From: a virus
IMG/VR virus record: IMGVR_UViG_3300044716_000068
Length of the DNA stretch: 64,000 nucleotides
Reading direction: 5' to 3' (one strand)
Of this stretch, positions 34,422 to 44,745 are shown piece by piece (positions within the stretch are counted from its first letter, which is position 1; each line of letters opens with the position of its first letter). The notes beneath the pieces are model-generated. The model was not told where the DNA came from, did not search any database, and saw only the letters and a list, made by a program, of their open reading frames with translations. The position numbers and the translations under genes are program-made.

Positions 34422-36854
34422 TTATTTATATTTATTTAGCCAGCCACCTTTTGGATATTCAGTGACATAGTCTCCATCAAATTTATAATTCTTTCCTGGT
34501 TTCATCAACTTTTTGTCACCAGTATTACTTACACCTAGTACATCATAGTTAACACCTTTCATAGTAATATCATTACCTGGAATAGTAGTTGTTTTTCCTG
34601 GGTGTGCCCATTGTCCCATTGAGTCTACAATCTGTCCACCATTCTTCCAGTTTTTAATTGTCTTGTATTTATTAACCATTACATCTGCATCTCCTAAAAG
34701 TGAAGGGTTGTTTTCAACAAGTCTTCTAAATTCAGGTGTATTAAATTCTTCAAATGGTAACTTTTGTCCTTGAAACTTTATATAAGGCATTTGTAAATTT
34801 GATCCTGTATATTTATTAAGAGTCTCATACGTTCTTTCAAGTTTTGGAAATTGCTCAATTGTTTCATCATACCAAGCAAGAGGACTAAATCCTTCAGCAC
34901 GAGTAATCTTATTTAAAGTAGCCATGTACTCATTTGGCTCAAGTTGTATTCTACCTGGTTGACCACTAGTTAATTTAGCAATACGTGTATTTAACAATGG
35001 CTGAGAGTGAACACTTGTGCTTATTGGTGATATACGTGCTTGTTTAGGCAAATGACTAAATACTATATTCATTTGCTTAGAGCTACTATTAGGGTCTCTA
35101 TTAAAGAAACTTATATCATTTACATCAACATATGGATCTCCTGCGTCTTGTGAAGTTTTAACTTCTACATAATTCATAGACTTATCTTTGTCTACTATTT
35201 TATATCTTCTGTCTATTGAATTATTTATAGGTGATATATCTATATCTTCATATATATTATGTCCTTCAGGATGTGCTGTTCTAAACTTACCTGCATCACT
35301 ACCTTCACCAATGCGAAAGTTTTCAGGACTCCATTGTTTTTCAGTGGGTCCAGTTCTTGCTTCTGGAGGACGTGGCACAGAACCTGGTCCTCCTCTTAGT
35401 TGAGATAAAGATCTCATAGGACGTCCCTCACGAAGATATTGTGCATCTTGTGCAATAATGTCATCTGAAATACCAGAAGTTCTTAATGCCTCCATTCTTC
35501 TATTTAACCTTTCATAAGTTAACGTTGGGTTATTAGGATGTACTATAGATCTTGGATTAGTAGCGTCAACAGGAAAATTAGTTTCTCTTCTTATATCATT
35601 CATTGCTGCTTGCTGTGCTGATTCTGCTTGAGAATCAACTCTTCTAGCTGATGGATATTCCATTAATTCAGCATATGATGGACGAGGGTCTACTTGTTGT
35701 ATTCTCTCAAATCTATCTAACGCAGTCATATCCTCAGGGGTTCCTGTAGACTGACGACTAACTCTAGGGGCATATCTTTCAGCCTCACGTGCATTCATCA
35801 TAGCAAGTTCTTCATCTGTAGGAAACTGATAAGGAGCTCTTGTGCTTTGACTTCCTCGTGACACTGCTTCTGAAAGTCTTTGTTGACGTATGAGATCTAA
35901 TTGTTGTTGAGATCTTTCTGCAGCAGTTGCTGATTCAAGACTTCTTGTAGAACTACCTAATCTTGGACCTGCAGTTTGTACATTATAACCAAGACGATCT
36001 ACTGCTCCTTGAGACCAACGCTGAGCTTTCATAACATCTCCTAATGGATCAACTCCTAACGCACCTAATCCTGCAGTCATAGCTAATGTTGCAGCAGCAC
36101 CACCAATATCTCTTCTAGCTACAGATTCTCCAAGTTGATCTGTTAAAGATCCAACTACGTAAGCTGGGTTTACATACTCATCAAACATTTCTCCCACTCC
36201 ACCAACACTGCTAGGAAATAGTCTAAGTTTATCTGCTGTATGCCAGCTACCAGGAGTGCTTAGATCCCCCTTTGTATTTTTATTAGCTTGTCTTTCAGCT
36301 ACTATCTTCTTATCACGTTCTTCTGTCTTTTTCTGATTTTCTTTGTTTATCCTAGCATTTTCTTCTTGTTCTTTCTTTGTAAGAGGTCTTACAGCAGGAG
36401 CCACTCGTGTAGCATCTGAACGCATCTTCTCTGGCTCAAAGTTCATTAACAAACCATCTTGTGCAGAAGCTTTTGTCTTCTTAGCATATTTACCATTACT
36501 AGGAGCAGGACTTTGTGTACGTGCGTATGTGAATCCTACAGCACCTGGTAAAGCACCACCCATTGCAAACTGTCCACCCCATGCAGGAGAATAGTTTCTA
36601 CCTGTTATATCATAACCAAGACCTACAAAGTCAGGACCTACAGATGCTTGGACATCATTAGGATTGGGTTTCTTACCATAGTTGTCATCAGGCTGTTGGT
36701 CTAAAACCATTCCTCCTTGCTCATACTTATTTAACCATCCTCCATTTTTCATGGTGTTATCCTTTCCACATATGTGACACACATTCATATCTTTTCCACT
36801 AGAGCTTGCTTTACTCCAGGAATGTCCACATGTGCATTTAATATTATTATTCAT
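34422..36854 (-). CDS. hypothetical virion protein (810 aa) with N-terminal zinc-ribbon and GGWLNKY motif at both termini
   Basis: The N-terminus has a zinc-ribbon-like CTCGHSW...CHICGKDN followed by GGWLNKYEQGG. The C-terminus ends YPKGGWLNKYK. The middle is Gly/Pro/Arg-rich. Confidence 0.45.
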   Translation of the reverse strand: MNNNIKCTCGHSWSKASSSGKDMNVCHICGKDNTMKNGGWLNKYEQGGMVLDQQPDDNYGKKPNPNDVQASVGPDFVGLGYDITGRNYSPAWGGQFAMGGALPGAVGFTYARTQSPAPSNGKYAKKTKASAQDGLLMNFEPEKMRSDATRVAPAVRPLTKKEQEENARINKENQKKTEERDKKIVAERQANKNTKGDLSTPGSWHTADKLRLFPSSVGGVGEMFDEYVNPAYVVGSLTDQLGESVARRDIGGAAATLAMTAGLGALGVDPLGDVMKAQRWSQGAVDRLGYNVQTAGPRLGSSTRSLESATAAERSQQQLDLIRQQRLSEAVSRGSQSTRAPYQFPTDEELAMMNAREAERYAPRVSRQSTGTPEDMTALDRFERIQQVDPRPSYAELMEYPSARRVDSQAESAQQAAMNDIRRETNFPVDATNPRSIVHPNNPTLTYERLNRRMEALRTSGISDDIIAQDAQYLREGRPMRSLSQLRGGPGSVPRPPEARTGPTEKQWSPENFRIGEGSDAGKFRTAHPEGHNIYEDIDISPINNSIDRRYKIVDKDKSMNYVEVKTSQDAGDPYVDVNDISFFNRDPNSSSKQMNIVFSHLPKQARISPISTSVHSQPLLNTRIAKLTSGQPGRIQLEPNEYMATLNKITRAEGFSPLAWYDETIEQFPKLERTYETLNKYTGSNLQMPYIKFQGQKLPFEEFNTPEFRRLVENNPSLLGDADVMVNKYKTIKNWKNGGQIVDSMGQWAHPGKTTTIPGNDITMKGVNYDVLGVSNTGDKKLMKPGKNYKFDGDYVTEYPKGGWLNKYK

Positions 36855-37723
36855 TATTTATAAGAGATTTGAGCAGGTGCAACAATGAATTGAGAAACTA
36901 TATGAGCTTCAGAGCTGTTATCAAGTATATGTCTCACTTTGAGATCTTTAGCCCTCAATGGTTCTTTTTTAAATGATCTTTTTCCATAATCCATATTTGT
37001 TTGATTTACAAGCTTATCAACTGATAATGATTCACAACTTGTAATAAACAAAGGTATGGATTTGTTTTTAACAAGACTCCAAAATGTATTGTATTGATAG
37101 AAGTTATCACTCTTTGTATACATAATGGTTTTACTATTAGTATTGTATATAGGGTATGTTAAATATGCACTTAGGTTGTTAATAGGCTTTGGTACCAATT
37201 CTAATACACCTGTGGACTGTTGTCCATTGTATAAAACAGCTTTGTTAAACCATTGATTATCAACTTGTATCTGAGCATTGTCATTAAATACACCATCTAC
37301 AAGAGGTAGATAGTTATACACTTTACTGTAGTCTTTTATGTTTTGAAGAATCTCATCATAGCTTTGGTAGCTAAAAGGATATTCAATTATGTATGGTTCT
37401 ATATTACCATAGAACTTATTATAATTTAATGTGTCTGTTAAGTGTCTCCAAATAGAGCCTGTGTTACATGTTGTATATGTCAAAGCTGCAAGTTCTTCTA
37501 TAGTAGCAGTACCAATTAAAACTTCTATAAAGATACCATTGCATTTGCCTGCAGATGTTATAATAACACTATCAATAGCATCATCAACGCTAACAGTATA
37601 ACCATCAATTAAGTTTTGCTTGGTTATATTAGTGCCTAGAACATTACCTTCATTATCAGTGATATTGAAGGGTCCAGTTCTACCACCTGAGCACGTTAAT
37701 CTTATTATTACTATTTTAGACAT
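36854..37723 (-). CDS. hypothetical tail-associated protein (289 aa) with N-terminal GPF domain shared with the 182-aa protein
   Basis: LTCSGGRTGPFNITDNEGNVLGTNITKQNLIDGYTVSVDDAIDSVIITSAGKCN aligns with LTLAGADTGPFDIYSDADGYTTPLASGISKAALQAGYTLTGVPDGATIIRVTSLATCTN of the ORF at 46190..46738. Confidence 0.45.
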   Translation of the reverse strand: MSKIVIIRLTCSGGRTGPFNITDNEGNVLGTNITKQNLIDGYTVSVDDAIDSVIITSAGKCNGIFIEVLIGTATIEELAALTYTTCNTGSIWRHLTDTLNYNKFYGNIEPYIIEYPFSYQSYDEILQNIKDYSKVYNYLPLVDGVFNDNAQIQVDNQWFNKAVLYNGQQSTGVLELVPKPINNLSAYLTYPIYNTNSKTIMYTKSDNFYQYNTFWSLVKNKSIPLFITSCESLSVDKLVNQTNMDYGKRSFKKEPLRAKDLKVRHILDNSSEAHIVSQFIVAPAQISYK

Positions 37724-37734
37724 ATATTAATCAA

Positions 37735-40700
37735 TTACGATGTTGCTGCAGCTGTACCAGCTAAATTACATTGTGGTGCTGCAGTAGTTGTTGTTGTTGT
37801 GGTGGTTGTAGGTGTAGAAGTTGTAGTTGTAGTAGTTGTGGGAGTAGAAGTTGTTGTAGATGTAGTAGTAGTTGTTGTACTTGTACTTGTACTTGTGGTT
37901 GTAGTAGTTGTATACTCTTCATTAATTGCTGTTCCTTCTAATGCACATACATTTACTGCTGTACCAGACAAGTTACAATAATAAATTACTGTTGTTGTAG
38001 TGGTAGTGGTAGGAGAAGGAATCTCTGTAACAGCTATTGCTGAGATATCACAACTTTCATTTAATCCAGAATAGAAGAAATTGTTTTCCCCTATGTAGAA
38101 GTTAGGCAGGTATGTATGGAAACTCACCCAGCTTTTAGTATTGAAGTTAAATGAAGCAGTCCATGATTTATTACAGAAGTATTCTAAGTCTGTTACAGCT
38201 ACAAATCTTTTTACTGATGTATTACCAGCAGTTGGTTGATTTACATAAAACTCTTTAGCCACATCATCATAGAATATTTCCTTACCTGGTTGAGGTATAT
38301 AGTCTAACTTAGTAATAATTACTCTATCAAACTTGCTATCAAACACACCATGTAAACCAATATTCTTGAAGTTGTTATCTATATCAACATTTGGGAAGTA
38401 TCTTAATATTTCAAATGATAAATGGTCTGTAAAGAATCTGTTTAGACCAGAGCCAAAGCCTGATATATCTGTTGCTTGGGTACCAGTGATTAAGAATATT
38501 TGTCCTCTCTTGGCATCCACAGTCACCTGACCTTGTGGTATTCTAAGCAACATTTTGTTTTGACATCCTACATAACCAAGATCTGTTTCAGCAAAGTCAA
38601 TAGGGGGTGCATTACCAAATAACTCACCACCTCCTAAATATGCAGATTGAGGATTGCTTGTATCTATTGTTAACAAGTTATTGTATAACAATGTCTTATT
38701 CTCAAATCTAGCTAATGTTGCTCTGTTCTGTATACCATCTAGTGATACTAAGTTACCATAGTTTTGAGGGAAGTCAAAGAAGCTTGCTGGACGATATATC
38801 AACCAGCTATTTATTCTATTATCAGAATAGCTTTCTTGTCTGTCAGAGTATATTGCTCTAAATGGAAAATATGTGTAACATAATTGTTGCACCCAATCTG
38901 TAGGCAAATGAGAGAAGAAGTTCTCTACGTTTTGTTTAGTGAATGTTGTATTGTAGTAGTACGTATTGTCAAATGCAATAGGTACTCTGTTCTCTTGGAA
39001 CCATTGGTCAGGAATACCTGAACTCACGTGTGGATAGTAATCACCTTCTAAGTTATTAAATGCTTGACGTAAGTCTACATTAATAGAAGACTCTACATAA
39101 TAATAAGGAACTCCATAAGCAAATAGATACATCTTACCATCATAAACATAATTAAATGTTCCTGGTGCAGTGGTACCAATAGGAGGAGTTGTAGATGTAG
39201 TGGTTGTACTAGTTGATGTATTATCTACAATGTCATCATTAGGACAGTCAAGGTAATGAGCTTTCACTGATATGATGTTCTTCATTAATGTAGATCCTAC
39301 ATAATAGTCATACAATACAGATCTTGCTGAGTACCAGTATTCTGGATAGGCTATATTACCTATCTCATCATAATAGATATCACTATCATCAGGAGCCTTA
39401 ACTCTATTATCAATAAAGAATGGAAGCTTAGTTTTGAAACCAAACTTGCTAATAAATGTGTCACCACCAAATACCACTTCAACACCACTTGCTGGTAGAG
39501 AATTAAATATTCTCTGAAATCCTGTATCAATAGTTTGATAGGAATATATCTGTCCCCACTGTCCATTGTTGATTGTCTTGATTGAACCATAATATGAAAC
39601 AACCTTTATATCTTGTTGAAATTCAGGAGTTCCACAGTTCCCTGATTCTCCAAGTGTAAATCTAGAATTATCAGAGATTTGACTTACACCTGCTACAACA
39701 AGGTTTGGTGTTTTGTTAGGATATGGTAACGCTGGTACAGGTCCCACTCCAGTTCTTGTTTCAATACTTTTGGTATATACTGATGATTCTCTGTTCCAGT
39801 TATTAAGATCATAATCATCTCCCACAGATTGAACACCTGGGAATACATATTGAGATCTATCAAGTTGTCTTTGTTTAATACCTAGCGTACCAGTTAAAGG
39901 ATTAGTAGCAGAATTCTGTATAGCTTCACTATAGTCATAGCTAGATATAGAATTAAAAGAATATGCAAAGTTTCTTCTACTAACTCCATTCACATATATC
40001 TGTAAGTAAGATTGATATGCTGTGAACATAGCAGTGGCATTGAATCCGCCTAGATCAGCAATTGCTCTACTAGAATTCAAGGCATCTATCTGTGCTTGTT
40101 TAGTAAGAAGCTTGTACATTGCGTGCTCCTTCACTTGTACAAAGTGAGCTCTACCAGCTCCAAATAATACACTCTCCAACTTAAGAACATTACCTAATGT
40201 AGGTTGTCCAAAAGAAGTTTCTGGTGAATTAAATACTTGTCTGTATGGTGACTCATTATTATTAAATCCATCTAACTGAGCAGGATAACATTCAGTATTT
40301 TTATTGTTATTATTAGCAACTATTGTGTATCCTGTGCAACCACTAACACGTACAGGAACAGTAGAAGAATTTACTGTAATTGACGTACCTTTTTGTACAG
40401 TGATATTTGTCAAAGATTGAGTGATAGGATCTGTATAGCTAAATGCAGGTGGACCACCAGCACAAGCAAGTGGAACAGTAATTGTGTAAGCTGTAGCTGT
40501 AACATTTGTAAATGTAGCAGCTCCACTATTTACAACAGGAAGTGTAATAGAACATATCTGAGTTGTTGCTGTTGTAAAAGCAAAAATTGCTGTCTGTCCA
40601 GTGTTGCAATCTGTATATTGTAAATTACCATTAATAGTTGCTGTCACTTTGAATGTATCACATTGAGAATTGTATGCGTTGCTTTTCTCAAGTAAGAAAG

Positions 40701-42615
40701 GATCTTCGTTAAGATCATTATAAGGATAGTTTGGATAGTAGTAAGGAGTTCCTTCTCTATCATATTTACCCACGTTTCTAAGGATGCCCTTAGCAATAAT
40801 AGATTTATTTGTACTTCTATTACCTCTCACTATCTTAAATCCAACAATAGAGGCTTTCTCTGCAGCTGTTAAACTAGATGCTTGGATGAGAAATATTACT
40901 TGTTGTACATCTATCTTTACACCAATTGGATATACAGCACTAGCTGATTGCATTGTTGGTTGTATCTGTCCACCAGAATATATAATAGGAGCACTCTCAA
41001 AGTGAGGACTTACAAGTACATCAGGAAATTTATGATGTCTAATTGGTTCATTAGCAAGGTCTCCCCATACATCCACATTACATGGATACAGATCTGTAGA
41101 TTCCCAATATGCAAAGTCTCCAGATTGATATGGATATGCATCTCCTATCTTTTCAGCATCTGTTGTAGGAACAGGATATGTAGCTGTTACACTAGCTGTA
41201 TTATATATTTTCCAATAAGGAGCACTAGTTCCTTCTCCAATAAAGTCATTGTTAGTATTTGGTACAACAATTAAATCATTAGATGTTGATGCTCTACCAG
41301 GAATATGGAAACCATCTGTTTGTTTACCATTGTCTAATAAAAAGACTATCTCAAATGCATATACCTCATCTCTTAAATAACCTCTAAGATTGGCAGTGTA
41401 GAAGCCATCAGCATACGTATTGTTAGCTGGTAGCTTATATGTCTCCCATTGAAGTTGAATTTGATTAGCAATACCTTGATAGTTAATTCTATCAATAGAT
41501 GTGAGGTTATCCCATACAATAACATCCTGTACGTTTGTAACATCTTGAGCAATATCATAATAAGCAAACTTCTCAAGTATGTCATTAAGACTCAAAGGAA
41601 TTTGAGTTATGTTCTGACCTGTATAAGTGATTGTTCTAGACTTATCTTGTATGTTGTAAGTTCCTACAAGTTCTACAGTGGTGCCATTATTTATTGTTTT
41701 AATGACAGCCAAGTTAAAGTATTGGAAGTATCCTGTAATATCTATGTCACTGATACTCAACACAATAGAGTTTCCTACAGAGTATTGAAAGTCAGGTGTT
41801 GTTATCTCTGTGTTTGCAATAGATACAGGATTAGTAATTGAGTAGTATGATGTATATGCATCTCCTGATGCATTACAATATTGAATAGCAAATTGATAAG
41901 CTCCTGCTTTTAAATCTCCACCTACAACAATATCAGTAACATCTAAGTTAGGAATTGTGAAGTTAGGTTGCACCTTTAACTTATTACAGTCTAACGTTGC
42001 TTCAATATCTGGATCACAATTTTGATCACCTGTAAATATGGTGATATATGGAATTGAATCAATATTAATATATCTTCTTGGATTAAGACCATCTGTCCAA
42101 TAGACCTCAGTGGTACAGTTGGTAATCTTATGTACAGCTTTATGAATAGGATAGTTGATGTCAAAGTTCAAACATGGAGAATTTGCACAAACTGTTAATT
42201 CTGTATCAGGGATTGGAGTACATAATAAATGATATACACAGTCATTGTTATTCATATACCCTATCTCACTTCCTCCTGTTTCAGGATTAGCTAAGAAGAA
42301 GATGTGTTTATTTTTCTCTTGAATGAAGTGTGTACCAATAAGTTGGTAGCCTTCAGGGAAATCTAAACAAGCTTCATTTGAAGGTTCATTCTGATAGTTT
42401 ACAGAATTAGAGTCAAAGTTCTCTAATGCTGCGTTTAGGGCATAAGAAAGTTTCCCCTTCTGTATTTGATTTACAGAAGAGTCCATGTCTAGTCCCACTC
42501 TACCAAGATTAAATTCTTGTCTTACACTAGAGGTGCCTTGATTATCTGTTCCATCCATGTCCATATCTTGAGCTTCTGTTTGGTAATTCATATTGTGCAA
42601 AACGTTGTAAGTCAT
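37735..42615 (-). CDS. large tail protein (1626 aa), putative receptor-binding/tail-spike protein with C-terminal ~55-residue poly-Thr/Ser tract
   Basis: The ORF ends ...EEYTTTTTTSTSTSTTTTTTSTTTSTPTTTTTTTSTPTTTTTTTTTAAPQCNLAGTAAATS and has an internal TSTSTTTTSTTPP linker. Its 5-prime end overlaps the upstream 328-aa gene. Confidence 0.5.
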   Translation of the reverse strand: MTYNVLHNMNYQTEAQDMDMDGTDNQGTSSVRQEFNLGRVGLDMDSSVNQIQKGKLSYALNAALENFDSNSVNYQNEPSNEACLDFPEGYQLIGTHFIQEKNKHIFFLANPETGGSEIGYMNNNDCVYHLLCTPIPDTELTVCANSPCLNFDINYPIHKAVHKITNCTTEVYWTDGLNPRRYINIDSIPYITIFTGDQNCDPDIEATLDCNKLKVQPNFTIPNLDVTDIVVGGDLKAGAYQFAIQYCNASGDAYTSYYSITNPVSIANTEITTPDFQYSVGNSIVLSISDIDITGYFQYFNLAVIKTINNGTTVELVGTYNIQDKSRTITYTGQNITQIPLSLNDILEKFAYYDIAQDVTNVQDVIVWDNLTSIDRINYQGIANQIQLQWETYKLPANNTYADGFYTANLRGYLRDEVYAFEIVFLLDNGKQTDGFHIPGRASTSNDLIVVPNTNNDFIGEGTSAPYWKIYNTASVTATYPVPTTDAEKIGDAYPYQSGDFAYWESTDLYPCNVDVWGDLANEPIRHHKFPDVLVSPHFESAPIIYSGGQIQPTMQSASAVYPIGVKIDVQQVIFLIQASSLTAAEKASIVGFKIVRGNRSTNKSIIAKGILRNVGKYDREGTPYYYPNYPYNDLNEDPFLLEKSNAYNSQCDTFKVTATINGNLQYTDCNTGQTAIFAFTTATTQICSITLPVVNSGAATFTNVTATAYTITVPLACAGGPPAFSYTDPITQSLTNITVQKGTSITVNSSTVPVRVSGCTGYTIVANNNNKNTECYPAQLDGFNNNESPYRQVFNSPETSFGQPTLGNVLKLESVLFGAGRAHFVQVKEHAMYKLLTKQAQIDALNSSRAIADLGGFNATAMFTAYQSYLQIYVNGVSRRNFAYSFNSISSYDYSEAIQNSATNPLTGTLGIKQRQLDRSQYVFPGVQSVGDDYDLNNWNRESSVYTKSIETRTGVGPVPALPYPNKTPNLVVAGVSQISDNSRFTLGESGNCGTPEFQQDIKVVSYYGSIKTINNGQWGQIYSYQTIDTGFQRIFNSLPASGVEVVFGGDTFISKFGFKTKLPFFIDNRVKAPDDSDIYYDEIGNIAYPEYWYSARSVLYDYYVGSTLMKNIISVKAHYLDCPNDDIVDNTSTSTTTTSTTPPIGTTAPGTFNYVYDGKMYLFAYGVPYYYVESSINVDLRQAFNNLEGDYYPHVSSGIPDQWFQENRVPIAFDNTYYYNTTFTKQNVENFFSHLPTDWVQQLCYTYFPFRAIYSDRQESYSDNRINSWLIYRPASFFDFPQNYGNLVSLDGIQNRATLARFENKTLLYNNLLTIDTSNPQSAYLGGGELFGNAPPIDFAETDLGYVGCQNKMLLRIPQGQVTVDAKRGQIFLITGTQATDISGFGSGLNRFFTDHLSFEILRYFPNVDIDNNFKNIGLHGVFDSKFDRVIITKLDYIPQPGKEIFYDDVAKEFYVNQPTAGNTSVKRFVAVTDLEYFCNKSWTASFNFNTKSWVSFHTYLPNFYIGENNFFYSGLNESCDISAIAVTEIPSPTTTTTTTVIYYCNLSGTAVNVCALEGTAINEEYTTTTTTSTSTSTTTTTTSTTTSTPTTTTTTTSTPTTTTTTTTTAAPQCNLAGTAAATS

Positions 42616-43528
42616 TTCTTACACGTCTTTGCTTAGTCCATGCATCCTGTTTCTTAATCTCAATCATTGCCATTATAAAAGCCTCATCATGTAATGCTTT
42701 ATAGTAAATTAGCTTCTGTTGTATTTGTTGGAATGTTTCATCAGTTAGCTGATTAGACAATGTTTCAAACACTTTATATTTGAGGAATGCCTCAACAAAC
42801 TCTCTAATACGATAGTTGTCTGGAATCATTTGATTACCAACACAATCATACTCTGTAGCATAGAATATTAAATGCACCACTCCATTTCTGAAGTTGGTAA
42901 CAAACTTATTATCTCTAATATCAAAGCTATCATAACCAGCAGATCCTGGAGTAAATTCTCTAATAGGAGGAGCAGTTTGATAAAACTCCCAAGCATTTGT
43001 ATAAGTTACATCACAGTTTTGTCTTGCAGAAATGTTACCTGGTTTTAATAAGTATTCATGTGTGAAAGCTCTTGTTCCTTGTTGATTAGTTTTATATACA
43101 GCAGGAATGATTACAGGTAGACAACTACCATCACATTGAGGATTGATACAACCATGATCATGTTGACAATCTACGCAAGGAGTACCACCCACTGTTACAG
43201 GAGTTACCTGTATTGTGGTTTGTGAAACTGCTTGAGAGTAGAATGAATTGGCTGTTTGATATGGATAGCCAGCTGTTGATGTACACATCCAAGCTTCTCT
43301 TACAGCGTAAAAGTTATCTGGGAGTCTAGCTTCAAAGTCTTCTACATATAACACCTCTTCACTAATAACATAAGTTGCCCTACCTAACTTCTTAAGACAT
43401 TTGTCTAAGTAGGTGGGAAACAATAAATCATCCACTGCTCCTGTGTCAAAATAAGACTTTAACTCTTCCTTAACAGTTGAATAAACTGGATCAGGAGAGA
43501 CAAAGTTATACTTGTAATAATATGACAT
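42542..43528 (-). CDS. hypothetical structural protein (328 aa), Cys-rich segment GTPCVDCQHDHGCINPQCDGSC
   Basis: Intact ORF in the tail gene neighbourhood. Function unknown. Confidence 0.4.
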   Translation of the reverse strand: MSYYYKYNFVSPDPVYSTVKEELKSYFDTGAVDDLLFPTYLDKCLKKLGRATYVISEEVLYVEDFEARLPDNFYAVREAWMCTSTAGYPYQTANSFYSQAVSQTTIQVTPVTVGGTPCVDCQHDHGCINPQCDGSCLPVIIPAVYKTNQQGTRAFTHEYLLKPGNISARQNCDVTYTNAWEFYQTAPPIREFTPGSAGYDSFDIRDNKFVTNFRNGVVHLIFYATEYDCVGNQMIPDNYRIREFVEAFLKYKVFETLSNQLTDETFQQIQQKLIYYKALHDEAFIMAMIEIKKQDAWTKQRRVRNDLQRFAQYELPNRSSRYGHGWNR

Positions 43529-43534
43529 GTTATT

Positions 43535-44011
43535 TTATTTTTTCCACTCACAGTAAATGTTTTGGTATTTACTGTCAGTTTTTATGTAATGGGATAGTAA
43601 TCTAGATGTTGTACGAGAGGGCTTGAAATACCAGAGGTCTATGTTTCTTATTCTTGTAGATTCTTTGAACCACATCCAACCAAAGAAAAACCCTTCTGTA
43701 TGATAGTTGAAATTGTATATGCGTTTACCTTTCTCCTTAGTTTTTTTCCAATCTATAGGTAAGTTAACTACTTCTTTACCATCAACAGTTTTTAGTTTTC
43801 TCCTTTTCTTTTTGTTGATGGAAAACTCTCCAAAGCCAAAAGGAAGTCTTGCTTTCTCTCCTGTTTCTAGAATGTAGTTTTTAAAATACTCATTGTATGA
43901 GTATATGATATTCTTCCACTGATCAAATGTAATTTTTAAAGTGGGATTCTTATTGCAAAAATTATTGTAGTTTTCTTTACTAGAACTTCTCCAATCTATC
44001 TTTGTACGCAT
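43535..44011 (-). CDS. IHF/HU-like DNA-binding protein (158 aa)
   Basis: LPFGFGEFSINKKKRRKLKTVDGKEVVNLPIDWKK matches the HU/IHF arm signature GFGxF...R.GRNP.TGE.I.I.A. Lys-rich. Confidence 0.65.
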   Translation of the reverse strand: MRTKIDWRSSSKENYNNFCNKNPTLKITFDQWKNIIYSYNEYFKNYILETGEKARLPFGFGEFSINKKKRRKLKTVDGKEVVNLPIDWKKTKEKGKRIYNFNYHTEGFFFGWMWFKESTRIRNIDLWYFKPSRTTSRLLSHYIKTDSKYQNIYCEWKK

Positions 44012-44745
44012 TAGTTGCTTGGTTTTACAGCATTTGGTGCCTGCCCATCTGCACCATCGTCAGATATATCTGTTTTAAGTCTAAAGTAAGTAGATAACAA
44101 CTTTTGAGAAGTGAGCTCTAACACTTGCTTCTCTAAATATCCAGGACATCCATATTCCTTATCTAAAGGATTCATACAGACTTCTTCTATAGGATATACT
44201 ATACTACCACAGCCACACTCAGGGAACATTATTTCATTAGGTACATCTTCTTCAAAGAAAGCAGATATTCTTGTTGCCTTTAATAATGGATTGTTAATAT
44301 ATAAATAGCCACCATTAGCTATCCAATAGTATTGTTCATTCTTTATAATAGGAAGTTTCAATAAGTTTAAATACCTATTGATTGTAATCTCTTTAAATCT
44401 TTTACCTTGACCACCCATAGCGTTGATAGAATATACACCCTGAATTACATATTGATAGTTTCCTTCAGATATGCGAGGAAGTTTATATCTGCTTCTTGCT
44501 ACATTGCATGGATCTACAAATTCACAACATTCAGAAATAGGAACCTCTACCATCTCTAAACAAGGGATGGTAGTAAATAAAGTATCAGTGGCCCAAAGCT
44601 TTCTAAGATTTGTTTCACGCTTAACCAATAACTGTGTGTTGTTCTTAATCTCAGATGCCACCACCCTATCAGTGATAAGGTTATCTGTGGATAGCAACTT
44701 GTGCATTCCACGTACATCTGAAACTAATTTCCTTAATGTTGCCAT
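44011..44745 (-). CDS. hypothetical protein (244 aa)
   Basis: Intact ORF with 1-nt overlaps to both neighbours. No motif recognised. Confidence 0.4.
   Translation of the reverse strand: MATLRKLVSDVRGMHKLLSTDNLITDRVVASEIKNNTQLLVKRETNLRKLWATDTLFTTIPCLEMVEVPISECCEFVDPCNVARSRYKLPRISEGNYQYVIQGVYSINAMGGQGKRFKEITINRYLNLLKLPIIKNEQYYWIANGGYLYINNPLLKATRISAFFEEDVPNEIMFPECGCGSIVYPIEEVCMNPLDKEYGCPGYLEKQVLELTSQKLLSTYFRLKTDISDDGADGQAPNAVKPSN

Noticed and set aside
37799-37981. Plus-strand ORF MVVVGVEVVVVV...
   Set aside because: It is the antisense of the poly-Thr tract of the 1626-aa protein.
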